NCBI GenBank assembly: GCA_965215885.1 | Contig: CBDCEW010000036.1 | Location: 19,410 to 83,409 of the forward strand | Length of the DNA: 64,000 nt | Source: Candidatus Moanibacter sp. | GTDB lineage: Bacteria; Verrucomicrobiota; Verrucomicrobiia; Opitutales; UBA2987 | Direction of reading: 5' to 3' | Part shown: piece after piece, positions 50,231 through 60,612 of the stretch | Numbering within the stretch: the first letter of the stretch is position 1 | Layout: the number at the start of each line of letters is the position of its first letter | Made by a program: the position numbers and the translations under genes | The notes under the pieces: generated by a model | Told to the model about the DNA's origin: nothing | The model's input: only the letters and a program-made list of their open reading frames with translations | Databases searched by the model: none

Positions 50231-50448
50231 ATCTACTCTTCTTATAGAACCCCCGGAGAGTTTGTGCGCCGACTGTTCTAATGCGAGATTTGAGGCTGAC
50301 CACTACTCTTTCGTTATCGGAAGACTCGACGATGTTCGCTATGCCACTCGCAATTCGTCAAATCGGGGAAATGGGTATATCTGAGAGCGCATTCTCTGCC
50401 TTCTTCGAGAATTATTTCAGTTTGTCTGGAATATCTTCCGCCCCTTTG

Positions 50449-51432
50449 TTATCCGAAGACCTCGCTTCTTAGATCGCGCAAGACTGCCAGCTCTCCCCAT
50501 TCGCTTCCCCGCATCCGCTTCGGTCCTTCTTTCCTCCTTTTTCCCAGCCGCTCCCGATTCTCTTCATACCAGCTTTGGATGTATTCTCTTGTCCCCAGGA
50601 TCGCTCCGTCCGTGAAATACCTCACCCGGCAACGCAACAGCTCCTGAATACTTACTTTGCCACCGCTTTGCAGTACTTCTTTGACCTTCTGCGGATCTAT
50701 TCGCGCTCCCTCTCTGTCCTTGCCGTGGTAGCCGGTCCCAAAGACTACCGTCCGATACCCGCGTAAGGCCTCCGCCCAATCCTCCTCCCCCATGATCCAC
50801 TCCAGGCCCCATTGCGCCTGCTCTTCCCCGCTCAAAGCCTCGGCATAACCGCTCCAGCGATAGCTCTTCGGGTCCCGGCACAGGCCCGCCCGTACCGAAT
50901 TCAGATCGATGTAAGCCGCTACCATCTTGAGCGCTTCGGGACTATTCTCTACTAACAGACTTTTGAAGCGTTCCGACCAAAGGGTCCCATGGCTGCCGTA
51001 GGTGTGGTTAAACCAGATGCTGAAGCGCTGCTTGAGCTCTTTCATGAAGACCGATACCTCCCCCATCCGACTCTTCAGACGCTCTCGCAATGCTTCCGCC
51101 TCCCGTCCTCCCAAGGCCAGCATTTCCGCTAATACCTCCGGGGCCATTGCGCTCATGGGCAACCGCCCCCTGCCATAGAGAATGCGGTAACGTCTCATGA
51201 GCTCCATATCGCTAATCTCCTCGTCGTAAGGAACCCGAACCAGGATATGCAGATGGTTGCTAAGCAAGCAGTAAGTCAAAACTTCCACTCCACAGAAACC
51301 GGCCTGCCTCCACATCTGTTTGCGCAACACCTCCTTCCCCCTCGAATCAATGATCTTCTCGCCCAATACGGTCCGCGATATACAATGATAGACCGCTGTC
51401 TGCTCTTTCACCAATACCCTAGAAGTAGCCAT
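50449..51432 (-). CDS. RAYT-like Y1 HUH transposase, paralog 2
   Basis: YHCISR, YCLLSNHLHILV, GTLWSERFKS, YIDLNSVRA, CRVRYFTDG. Start at ATG 51432 by alignment to paralog 1. Confidence 0.88.
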   Translation of the reverse strand: MATSRVLVKEQTAVYHCISRTVLGEKIIDSRGKEVLRKQMWRQAGFCGVEVLTYCLLSNHLHILVRVPYDEEISDMELMRRYRILYGRGRLPMSAMAPEVLAEMLALGGREAEALRERLKSRMGEVSVFMKELKQRFSIWFNHTYGSHGTLWSERFKSLLVENSPEALKMVAAYIDLNSVRAGLCRDPKSYRWSGYAEALSGEEQAQWGLEWIMGEEDWAEALRGYRTVVFGTGYHGKDREGARIDPQKVKEVLQSGGKVSIQELLRCRVRYFTDGAILGTREYIQSWYEENRERLGKRRKEGPKRMRGSEWGELAVLRDLRSEVFG

Positions 51433-51652
51433 ATGTTCACTATCGCACTCCTTGTCGATCCTGTCAAATACTTTATACAATAAACAACCTGTCTGATTAT
51501 CCCTGTTTCTTGGAGGTATGGAGGCGGCTGTGCCAGGGTAGGTCGGGATTGGGAAATAATATCGAGGGAATGGGCTCTCTATAAAGAACTCGGGATAGGG
51601 GCATTCCAAATTTGCTTGCACATACCCTGCATTCAGTCAAAACTGGTTAGTC

Positions 51653-54045
51653 ATGAAAATTCCATACTCCCCTGAAAGATACGCCAAACTCATCCTCGTT
51701 TCCCTAATTTCTGTAAGTCTGTGGAGTCCGCATGCGGCGGGCGACACGGTGACGCTGGATGCCTCGAGAGACAATACGATCTACGAAGAGGACGGGAACG
51801 AAAGCAGCGGAAACGGTGCAGCTCTGTTTACTGGCGATACGGGGTCAAATAATGGCGGAGCGTCGCGCCGTGCCTTGGTATTACGAAGAGGACGGGAACG
51901 AAAGCAGCGGAAACGGTTTTGATATTGTTAACGGGGACGGTCAGAATCCGGGAGTGCCGGCAGATGCGACGATTGACGACGTAACGTTGACAATATCAGT
52001 GGAGGCGGCCCGCAGTGGAGCGCAGACAACGACGATCCACAAGCTCACAGCAGACTGGGGTGAAGCGGGATCGCCGAATTCGGGATCCGGGGGCAGTGGC
52101 GAAGGAGGAGACGCGCAAACGAATGACGCCACTTGGACACACCGTTTCTTTAATACTGCCATGACCTGGACGAGTTCGGGAGGCGATTTTCTAGGAGCCT
52201 CAGATAGTTCGTCGATCAGCACAATCGGAGCGAGTTGGACTTCCGCACAGATGACGGCGGATGTTCAGGATTGGTTGGATAATCCAACGAACAATTTTGG
52301 TTGGATAATAGTTGGAAACGAGGGAACGCAGCAGACCGCGATGCGAATTGGGAGCCGGGAAGGGAGTTCCGGGCCAACATTACAGATCAATTTCACACCT
52401 GCCGGCGGGATGATGCAGGACCAGACGATCACATTTGGGGCGCTTGATGATAAGTTTGTGGACGACGCGGATTTTGATGTTTCGGCGACGGCCTCGAGTG
52501 GATTGACGGTTGAGTTTTCGGTGGAGTCGGGCCCGGCAACGATCAATGGAGCGACGGTGAGCCTGAACGGAACGGAAGGAACCGTAACGATTCGGGCTTC
52601 ACAGCCAGGCGATGCCAATTTTAATGCGGCGCCGAATGTGGATCAGAGTTTCGACGTAACCAAGCAGGACCAGACGATTACTTTTGATGCGCTCGTTAAC
52701 CGGGAGACAACAGATCCGCCGTTCGATGTAGCGGCGACGTCCGACAGCGGGTTGGCGGTGACATTTGCGATTCAATCCGGTCCGGCGACGATTGACGGAA
52801 GTACGGTTACACTGACCGGTGAGGAAGGGACAGTAACAGTTCGCGCGTCTCAAGCCGGTGACAGCGTCTACAATGCGGCAGTTGATGTGGATCAGAGTTT
52901 CAACGTGGGCGCCCCGGCGCCGCAGGATCAAACGATTACGTTCGATCCAATCGCGGATACGACATTCGGGATGGACCGGGTAGCGTTGAGCGCGACGGCA
53001 AGTAGCGGTTTGGCGGTGAGCTATGCGGTGATATCGGGCCCCGGACTGTTAAATCCGGATAACAGTCTCAGTATTACGGGACCGGGGACCGTTACGATTC
53101 GGGCTTCACAGGCAGGTGACGGCAGTTTCAACCCGGCGCCGGATGTGGAATGAGAGTTTCAGCGTGACGCAACCGTCCACGGGAGGGGCCTCGTTGCTGA
53201 CGGACGGGGATGCAAAGTTTGTCAACGACGGGACGGAGTTCATGGGCAATACCTACAACGGATTTGAGCTGGCGGGACAGACGGGTACATTCAGTTCGAT
53301 CGCGGGCGAGATTACGCGCGTCTCGTTTCTGGATGAGGATGGTGATCTGATGTTCGCCGAATTTGGCGCCGGAGATCCAAATGTTGTGGTGGTGATCACG
53401 CTGGATCCGTTTCGTGGGGCAGACTTGCCTTCTCCATATAATCAACCCGGAACGGTTTACGCGAAGGGGCACCCACGAATTGAGATCTTGAATTCATCAA
53501 ACGCAACCTTTGTTTCTCTTTTCAGCTTGGGCAATGACCCGTCGCGGGTGGACAACTCTCTTATCCTGGTTGGTACTCTGGCCGATCCGGTAAACGGGAT
53601 CGCCGATGTCCAGTCGCTCACAATCTCCGATGGTGCGACGCAAATCGGAGGGATCGGCGCGGCCAACACCAACTTTACCGGGACGGACGGTAACATTGGG
53701 ATTGATGCACCGGATGTCGTGGTAGGGTTATTCCTCTTCGTGGGAGACATCACTCCGATGGGGACAGCAATGCCGGTACTTCGAGTGAGCGCGGATTCGA
53801 TGCTGGATGACCTCTTCATCACGGGTGGAGATCTCGCTGAAGCGATGGGGATGTTTGAGATCGACACAAACGGAGTCGTCTATCCGTTCCCGATTACAGC
53901 AACGGACGGGCAACGTTCGATCAACGGTTCGCCTTTCCGTACTGATCTGGGCGATGGGAGTCTGGATCCGGTTTCGGACACCTTTGCAGCCGGTATCGAC
54001 GACTTCTTTGCCACTGACGGGCAGATGACGCGAGTGAATCAGTGA
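51653..54045 (+). pseudogene. Secreted protein: DNRLRE-like domain, three QTITF repeats and shared C-terminal domain, broken by two frameshifts
   Basis: Signal peptide at 51653. Frame breaks at about 51881 (36-bp ectopic duplication) and about 53149 (extra A relative to sister repeats). Confidence 0.8.
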
Positions 54046-54246
54046 ATCGAAGCCTCGAATATCCCGCGCGAGCGCGGTCCTGCAGTGGACCGGAAGGTTT
54101 GGGCAACACGCCCTAAAGCAACGCGCTAGCGCGGCCACGATGCTGCGTAACTCGTTGATTTTTTGGGAGTGTTCGAGAGGGACCGTCTTCTTGCGAAGAC
54201 GGCTACAAATAGCTGCTAAGGTAGTTGGGCCTGGAAAAGTGCATCA

Positions 54247-55020
54247 ATGATCGATATGAAACGCCGTTCCTTGCTAAGTTGTGTTACTTTGATCTTGGCA
54301 ACTCCCTTTGCAGTGGTCGGCGAGACCGTGAAAATTTACGTGGCCAAGGATACAACGATTTACTCGGATCGCGACGAATCGGGAGAGGTCACAAACCACA
54401 GCAATGGCGTAGGTGAGGGGCTTTACGCGGGAAAAAACGGGCGCGGATTTATCAGGCGGGCGCTTTTGCAGTTTGCCGTTGAAGGGATTTTGCCAAAAGA
54501 GGCGACTATCAAGGAAGCCACGCTCATTCTCCACGGTGCAGGAGGGAATGTGAGCGAGGATGAACTGTCCCTTCACAGGCTAGCGGGAGACTGGGGAGAG
54601 AGTGGGACAAGCTCTGGAGATGGCGAAGGGAAACACGACGGTTCAGGAGATCAGAGTAGGGAGATTGGCAGTTCCGGGGGTGGGGGAGGTGCACCGGCGA
54701 CACCGGGTGACGCTACCTGGACGTTCCGCTTCTACGATGAAGAAAAATGGGATGAAGAGGGTGGCGATTTTATGGCGAATGCATCCGCGACTAAGATTCT
54801 GGCGACACTTCAAAGATGCACCATTGCATCGGAAGGTCTGGCAAAGGACGTTCGCTTTTGGATAGAAAATCCGGATAGAAACTATGGATGGATATTGCGG
54901 GGAAACGAGGGAAAGTCGGGCACGGCGAAAGTCTTTGAGAGCGCCCAGAGTTCGAATGAGGAGCGTCGGCCTGTGCTTCTGATCGTTTATGGATTGCTTC
55001 GTCATTCTTTCTCGCAATGA
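54247..55020 (+). CDS. Secreted stand-alone DNRLRE-like domain protein
   Basis: Signal peptide, KDTTIY, RRALLQF, DWGE, ATW, GGDF, WIENPDRNYGWIL. Confidence 0.8.
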   Translation: MIDMKRRSLLSCVTLILATPFAVVGETVKIYVAKDTTIYSDRDESGEVTNHSNGVGEGLYAGKNGRGFIRRALLQFAVEGILPKEATIKEATLILHGAGGNVSEDELSLHRLAGDWGESGTSSGDGEGKHDGSGDQSREIGSSGGGGGAPATPGDATWTFRFYDEEKWDEEGGDFMANASATKILATLQRCTIASEGLAKDVRFWIENPDRNYGWILRGNEGKSGTAKVFESAQSSNEERRPVLLIVYGLLRHSFSQ

Positions 55021-55087
55021 CTCGTATCGTTAGTTGCAGGGAGGGGATGATTCATGTATTCTAACTGACCTGCCGAAATTCCGCGGG

Positions 55088-56194
55088 TTACCCATAGACC
55101 TTAAGGGAGTTGCTTTTCATGATCAGAAAAACCCGGGCCCCCGGCTGAATTTCCAGTTCGTCCACGGAATGTTCGGTTACTTCGACAACAAAGTCCGGCA
55201 GATTCTGGTGGAGTCGGGCGACTACCAGGCGGCATTTATCGAGGTCTTCGATTGATCTCACCTCAGCGGGGAGGATATTTCGCGCTGAGAGCCCAACGGG
55301 TCTGGTGGTAGCCAAGAGAATCTCGTGAGCGGGGATACTCACGAGAACGACATCGCCGACATCGCCTTCCGCCTTCGGTCCCGTGATCGACAACCCGGTC
55401 TTCACACCGCCCAGCTGGAACGTGCTGGTCTCCCCCGAATGTGCCACAATAGTAGCGGAAAAGGTATTTTCGAAACCCTCATTTTCGGCAATGGGAAAAA
55501 TATCCGGCCGGGTGAGCACGCTTCTCGGATTGCCGGAACCGATGATTTTGCCATCACGCAGAACAATGAGGTAGTCACATAGAGCCTGGATCTCGACGGG
55601 GTCGTGGGATACGAGGAGCATCGGGAGGTCAAACTGATCACGAACTCTTCGCAGAAAGGGGAGGACTCTTTGTCGCAAACCGATATCGAGAGAGGCGAGA
55701 GGCTCATCCATGAGGAGAAGTTGTGGGCCTGAACAGATTGCTCTTCCCAGGGCGACGCGTCGGGTTTCACCTCCCGAGAGTGTTGCAACGTCATGATCGA
55801 GGAGGGCTTCCAGTTTGAGGACTGCTATGACGGATTGAAAGAGTTCGTCGATGGCGTGTCCGTTTGCGACTGCCCGGAATCCGCCATCGAGAAGGTTTCC
55901 GCGAACCGTCTTGTGGGGAAATAAAAGACTCTCCTGGGGAACGTAACCTATACCCCGCCTCTCTGGTCGAAGGCGAATTCCGCCCTCAGAATCCTGCCAC
56001 AGTGTATCCCCGAATTGAACTCTGCCCCGGGCCCTTTTTTGAATACCAGCGATAGCCTTAAGGAGTGTAGTCTTACCGGAACCGGATACACCGAAAATAC
56101 CGGTTACCCGCTCATTAGTCGCGAAACTCACTTCGAGGTGAAAACGATCGAGAGGGACGCTTAGATTTACGCTCAACGACTTTTGATCGTTCAT
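55088..56194 (-). CDS. modC: Molybdate ABC transporter ATPase
   Basis: GVSGSGKT, LSGGE, LLMDEP, SHD, C-terminal TOBE domain with LSARNIL. Confidence 0.93.
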   Translation of the reverse strand: MNDQKSLSVNLSVPLDRFHLEVSFATNERVTGIFGVSGSGKTTLLKAIAGIQKRARGRVQFGDTLWQDSEGGIRLRPERRGIGYVPQESLLFPHKTVRGNLLDGGFRAVANGHAIDELFQSVIAVLKLEALLDHDVATLSGGETRRVALGRAICSGPQLLLMDEPLASLDIGLRQRVLPFLRRVRDQFDLPMLLVSHDPVEIQALCDYLIVLRDGKIIGSGNPRSVLTRPDIFPIAENEGFENTFSATIVAHSGETSTFQLGGVKTGLSITGPKAEGDVGDVVLVSIPAHEILLATTRPVGLSARNILPAEVRSIEDLDKCRLVVARLHQNLPDFVVEVTEHSVDELEIQPGARVFLIMKSNSLKVYG

Positions 56195-56195
56195 C

Positions 56196-56443
56196 ACGGT
56201 ACGTGTTTAGCGTGGTGGCAGGTGCCTAAGTTCGATGTTGAAAGCAAGGGGTCAAGCCTTAGAAGTGTCTGTTTTTCGGGGTCAGCCGCCTTAACAAATT
56301 GCCCTGAGCTTGCGAAGGGCTGTTTGTAAGGCCTGACCCCCTCAGCGAAGAGGAAAAACAGACACTTCTTAAGGTCATGACCCCGAACGGCGAACAAATC
56401 TGCAAGAACCTTAAGACCATAAGCCATCACGCTAAACACGTAC
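56196..56443. mobile_element. 248-bp non-coding nested-hairpin insertion (MITE/REPIN-like)
   Basis: 21-bp outer IR (56199-56219 / 56423-56443) and a 17-bp perfect inner IR. Flanked by the direct repeat TTCATC. Confidence 0.8.
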
Positions 56444-56444
56444 T

Positions 56445-57125
56445 TCATCGCATGAGAAGAAAGCCGGGTCGTTCACGGGAGAGTAATTCCGAGATAAAGA
56501 TAGCGGCGAAACCCACGGAAAGGGCAACAAAGAGCAGGAAAATAGCTTCGCGTTCGTTGCCAACCTGTTGTGCGGTAAAGATTGCCGACGCGATAGTTTG
56601 CGTTTTTCCCGGGATATTCCCCGCCAGTGTGACGGTAGCGCCGAATTCACCCAGGGCCCGGGAAAATCCGAGAATCATTGCCGCGAGGAGGCCTTTGGAT
56701 GCGAGGGGTAGGGTATACAAGCAGAATACCGATACAGGTCCGCGGCCGAGGGTACGAGCCATGGCTTCAAGATTCGGATCAACAGCCTCGAAAGCCACTC
56801 GCGCAGTCCTCACCACCAATGGAATCGACATCACTGTGCAGGCCACAACGACTGCTTTCCAGGTAAGGACAATATCAAGGTCAAGGCCGATTTGGTTGGC
56901 CCCGAGAAGCCCGTTGGTGGCGAACAGACTGAGGAGCAGATAGCCAACGGCGGTGGGAGGCAGGACGAGAGGCAAACTGACTAAAGTCGATATGATTGTT
57001 TTCCCGGGAAAGTTATAGCGAGCCAAGAGATAGGCAAGAATTGTGCCGGGGACCATTACAACAATAGTAGTCAACGAGGCACACTTTAGCGTAAAGATGA
57101 GGGTGATGAGGGTGGTTTCGCTCAT
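56445..57125 (-). CDS. modB: Molybdate ABC transporter permease
   Basis: [42 protein letters not shown]. Start at 57125 or 57152. Confidence 0.94.
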   Translation of the reverse strand: MSETTLITLIFTLKCASLTTIVVMVPGTILAYLLARYNFPGKTIISTLVSLPLVLPPTAVGYLLLSLFATNGLLGANQIGLDLDIVLTWKAVVVACTVMSIPLVVRTARVAFEAVDPNLEAMARTLGRGPVSVFCLYTLPLASKGLLAAMILGFSRALGEFGATVTLAGNIPGKTQTIASAIFTAQQVGNEREAIFLLFVALSVGFAAIFISELLSRERPGFLLMR

Positions 57126-57157
57126 ATTTAAATCGGAATAGGGAAAGAACACTCTCC

Positions 57158-57174
57158 TAGCCCGCTTTTCTCAC
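57158..57174. repeat. TAGCCCGC-family end, copy C
   Basis: TAGCCCGCTTTTCTCAC, identical to 27008-27024. No second end found. Confidence 0.55.
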
Positions 57175-57304
57175 AATTTTCCGAGAATAGCGTCACGACA
57201 AAAGATTCCCCGACACTCTGGCGCAATCGACTCCCTGTGGCAAAGGCCCTTCAGAATCAGAGGGCGAATCGGCCTTCACCAACGTAGAATTAGCGATTTT
57301 CATC

Positions 57305-58153
57305 TTACCGCTTCGTTTCAGAGGAACCGGTGAGAGGAACGAAACCATATTTCTTGAAGACTTCATTTGCTTCGGAACCAATTAAGTAGTCGTAGAACTT
57401 CTGGGTAGAGCGATGCGGCGGCGCCTGTTTAATCCGTGCCATTGAATACGTAATCATCGGTCCAGTCTCTGGCGGTATTTCGTATACGACGCGCACTTTT
57501 TCGGAGACCGCCGCATCTGTTTTATAGACGATACCAATAATTGAGGGGTCTGATTCTACAAGGCTCATTGCGGAACGGACATCGAGCGTCGAGGCGATGC
57601 GGCCACGCAACATTTCCCAAAGAGAAGGCATTCCGCAGCTGCTCCCTTCAAGCCACTCTTTGGCATAGCGTCCCGCGGGCACGGCGTCCGGATTAGCGAG
57701 GGCGAGATAACTGAATTCGGCCCGGCAGATGTCTGCAGGATGTATCGGGTGCCATGAGTTGGCTACGTTCGCGATTACGACGAGTTGATTGCTAAGATAA
57801 GAAACGCGTGAATCCTCGACGACTCGGCCCGCGGATTCTACTTCATCCATCCAATACTCGTTGGCGCAAATAAATATATCTGCTATGGGCGCTGAAATGA
57901 TCTGCCGGGCCAAAGTATTAGATCCAGCGTAGTTGAAAAAGAGCTGAAAATCTGAGTTATGGGCAAGAAACCTTTCTTCCAGTTCCGAAGTGGCGTCGCG
58001 AAGACTGGCCGCCGCGAAGACCATAATCTCGGTCGCCTTCGTGTCGCTTCCGGGCACTATCTTCTGACAGCCAACGGCAAGCAGGGCCACGACCAAGAGG
58101 TAAAGCGCCCGGCAAAAGGTTCGTCGATTGACATTTACAAATCGAGTTACCAT
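57305..58153 (-). CDS. modA: Molybdate-binding lipoprotein
   Basis: Lipobox-like LAVGC, VFAAASL, AGSNTLARQI, NPDAVPAGRYA, GIVYKTDA. Confidence 0.93.
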   Translation of the reverse strand: MVTRFVNVNRRTFCRALYLLVVALLAVGCQKIVPGSDTKATEIMVFAAASLRDATSELEERFLAHNSDFQLFFNYAGSNTLARQIISAPIADIFICANEYWMDEVESAGRVVEDSRVSYLSNQLVVIANVANSWHPIHPADICRAEFSYLALANPDAVPAGRYAKEWLEGSSCGMPSLWEMLRGRIASTLDVRSAMSLVESDPSIIGIVYKTDAAVSEKVRVVYEIPPETGPMITYSMARIKQAPPHRSTQKFYDYLIGSEANEVFKKYGFVPLTGSSETKR

Positions 58154-58348
58154 AGCCAAATCCCAATCATCAGGACATATCTTGACAACGGAAATCGCTG
58201 CACGATTTCGTATAGGAGCCTAAGGTTTTGGTTTTTTACCTTGGTATTTAGGACCTTTTTAGCGTCATACCTTCGATTGCTGGCTGCCCCGGTCTTGTGC
58301 CGGGGTGGCGCACGGTATACAACTACAACACGCGATTGGCACCACTCT

Positions 58349-58418
58349 CCCCCCGCCCGTCCCTTCTTACCCCAGTCCCGGGTCACCCGGACTGGGGTAA
58401 GAAGGGACGGGCGGGGGG
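58349..58418. repeat. 70-bp near-perfect GC-rich palindrome
   Basis: CCCCCCGCCCGTCCCTTCTTACCCCAGTCC and its exact reverse complement around a short self-complementary centre. Confidence 0.85.
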
Positions 58419-58695
58419 CCGGTAGAAGCACCCGGTTTGTAGCAAGACATAGCGGGGATTGTGTAAGTTGGCCAGGAGCATGTATTCTTCGGGGAGCGCT
58501 TCAAAGTCGCGCGTCAGATTTTTGCGCCCGTGGGTTTGACGGCGTTTGCGCTTGGAGGTGCGCCAGGTGCCTTCCAGCTCATTGGTCGTGCGTACGCTGT
58601 CTGGATGGGCCGGTGGGGGAAGCAGCCGCTGCCAGTATTTGTCCAGATGAGTGACCACGGTGCGGTAGAGTTTGGCTTTCGAGGGGTTGGTCAGG
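58419..58695 (-). pseudogene. Probable transposase C-terminal fragment
   Basis: HLDKYWQRL...RTTNELE..W...KRKRRQTHG resembles transposase RTNNxxE motifs. Truncated by the adjacent IS. Confidence 0.5.
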
Positions 58696-60612
58696 GACCT
58701 TATCCGAAAAGCTACTGATTGGCCGCAAAGAGGCGCAAAAGGCGCAAGAAAAACTTGAGAGAAATCATTTTTTGGCTTGATAAAAAGTGTCGCAACATGC
58801 TAGTGTTTAACAACCTAAGATTAAGAAAGGAGTTAAACATGCCAACATGTGCGACAGAGGAGAACAAAAGCGATAAGACGCCCCTTAGCAACCTCATTCT
58901 GCCGGTTCCAGACACGGATTTCCGTGATTTTCTGGATGAAGTTGAAGAATTGGCCGGGTTCGCGGCGCAAATCATCGAGGCGATCGAGAAGGATCTGGAC
59001 GCCCATGCGCGTGAGAAGAAGAAACTTCGATTGGAAGATCGCAGGTTCTTTGAAGGGCGCACAGCGGAGCTGCCGGAGCTGGACATCGAGGAGGAGAATA
59101 TTCTGGCTGCTGAATTGAATCTTGGGGCAGGCCGGCCGCGGATGCCGGCTTATGCGGTATACGTGTTCGTGATGATTCGAGGGTTTCTGGGTTCGTTGAC
59201 CACGAAACCGGCACGGCGGTTTGTGCGCGAGTCGATGAGCTTGTACGGATTTTTGCAGAGCGGGGGACTGAGAATGCCGGCGGTGACGACGATTCTGGAG
59301 AACGTGAACCTGGTCAGCCATACGACCCGCGAGTTGATCTTTGATAAACAGATTGGGTTTATCCTCCAGGAGCAATGGGACGATTTCGGGAAGCTGACGA
59401 TCGACAGCACCTCGGTGAAAGCAAACAGCTGCTGGCCCACCGATGGGAAGATTCTGAGCGGTCTTTTGATGCGGGCCAATCGTTTGGGTCAGAAGTTGCA
59501 TGTCTTCGGGCTGGAGGATTTTCGCAAGGGATGGGTTGGGCGTTGGCTGGAGGAAATGGACAAGCTGGAGTTTCAGATTTGTCTGGCCGCGGGCAAACCG
59601 AAGTCGAAGGGCAAGCTGAAGAAACACTACCGGCGGTTGCTCAAGCGGGGCCGCAAGGCGGCCGACTCACTAACGGGGGAACTGAGCCATCTTGAAGAGG
59701 GCCTGTCGATGGATTCACTGCCTCCCACTCGCCGGGAGCTTCTGGAGCGGGCATTGAGCCAGATCAGGGGCGATATTGCCGACGCCAAGCGGGTTGTTGA
59801 GTATGCTCATGATCGGGTGTTTCACGAAAAGAAGCTACCGTCCACACAGAAGGTCCTGAGCCTCTCGGACGGATCGGCGGCCTACATCAAGAAGGGCAGC
59901 CGCAATCCAGTGATCGGGTACAAGCCACAACTGGTTCGCAGCGAAAACGGTTTTGTCACCAGCCTGATCGTACCGCAAGGCAACGCGGCAGACTCCATTG
60001 AGCTGGCGCCGGCCATCGGCGATTCGATCAAGCGCACCGGTGTCATTGCTGAACTGGTCAGCACCGATGACGGATATGCTTCGGCGAAGGGACGCAAGGA
60101 GGTGCTGAGCATGGGGGTAAAGCAGATCAGTATCAGTGGGGCGAAGGGCAAGAAGTTGACCACCCCCGAGGACTGGGAGAGCGAGGCGTATCGCGAGGCA
60201 CGCCGCGATCGCTCCGCAGTGGAGTCGCTGATGTTCACGATTAAAGATGGATTTGCCTTTGGCGAACTCGGCCGCCGCGGCATCGATGCGGTAGGCGATG
60301 AACTGCTCGAGAAGGTTCTGGCCTACAACTTCTGCCGCATCATACTGATGAAGAAACGCCGAGGGGAGGAACTGGAACAGGCAGCCTGAATCTGACCGCT
60401 TTGAAGCTCAGAGAAAAAAGCACCACGGGATGAGTATGCCTCCAGACAGCGGCAAATATACGTATTGTGCAGCAAGCCACGCCGATGGCCGCTCAATACC
60501 TGCTCATCGGCAGCGCCGGCAGCCTAAAACCCGAAACCTGCCAGCCATAGGCTGGTCCGCCCGTGGCGGAGAACCTTAAACCGCCCGCTCGAAAGGCTTT
60601 TCGAATGGGGTC
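58696..60612 (+). mobile_element. ISNCY/IS5-like insertion sequence, copy 2
   Basis: Near-identical to 35948-37864. Right flank is TAGATA; left flank GTCAGG does not match it. Confidence 0.9.
58839..60389 (+). CDS. DDE transposase (ISNCY/IS5-like), copy 2
   Basis: Same protein as 36091-37641. Confidence 0.85.
   Translation: MPTCATEENKSDKTPLSNLILPVPDTDFRDFLDEVEELAGFAAQIIEAIEKDLDAHAREKKKLRLEDRRFFEGRTAELPELDIEEENILAAELNLGAGRPRMPAYAVYVFVMIRGFLGSLTTKPARRFVRESMSLYGFLQSGGLRMPAVTTILENVNLVSHTTRELIFDKQIGFILQEQWDDFGKLTIDSTSVKANSCWPTDGKILSGLLMRANRLGQKLHVFGLEDFRKGWVGRWLEEMDKLEFQICLAAGKPKSKGKLKKHYRRLLKRGRKAADSLTGELSHLEEGLSMDSLPPTRRELLERALSQIRGDIADAKRVVEYAHDRVFHEKKLPSTQKVLSLSDGSAAYIKKGSRNPVIGYKPQLVRSENGFVTSLIVPQGNAADSIELAPAIGDSIKRTGVIAELVSTDDGYASAKGRKEVLSMGVKQISISGAKGKKLTTPEDWESEAYREARRDRSAVESLMFTIKDGFAFGELGRRGIDAVGDELLEKVLAYNFCRIILMKKRRGEELEQAA

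Larger units (their letters stand above)
49564..51500 (-). mobile_element. RAYT-like element 2 bounded by 21-bp inverted repeats
   Basis: ATAATTAGACAGGTTATTTAT (49564-49584) versus the reverse complement of 51480-51500, ATAATCAGACAGGTTGTTTAT (19/21). Confidence 0.65.

Noticed and set aside
58160..58240. ModE box upstream of modA
   Set aside because: No convincing match to the CGxTATATA...TATATAxCG pattern; only an unrelated 7-bp palindrome.
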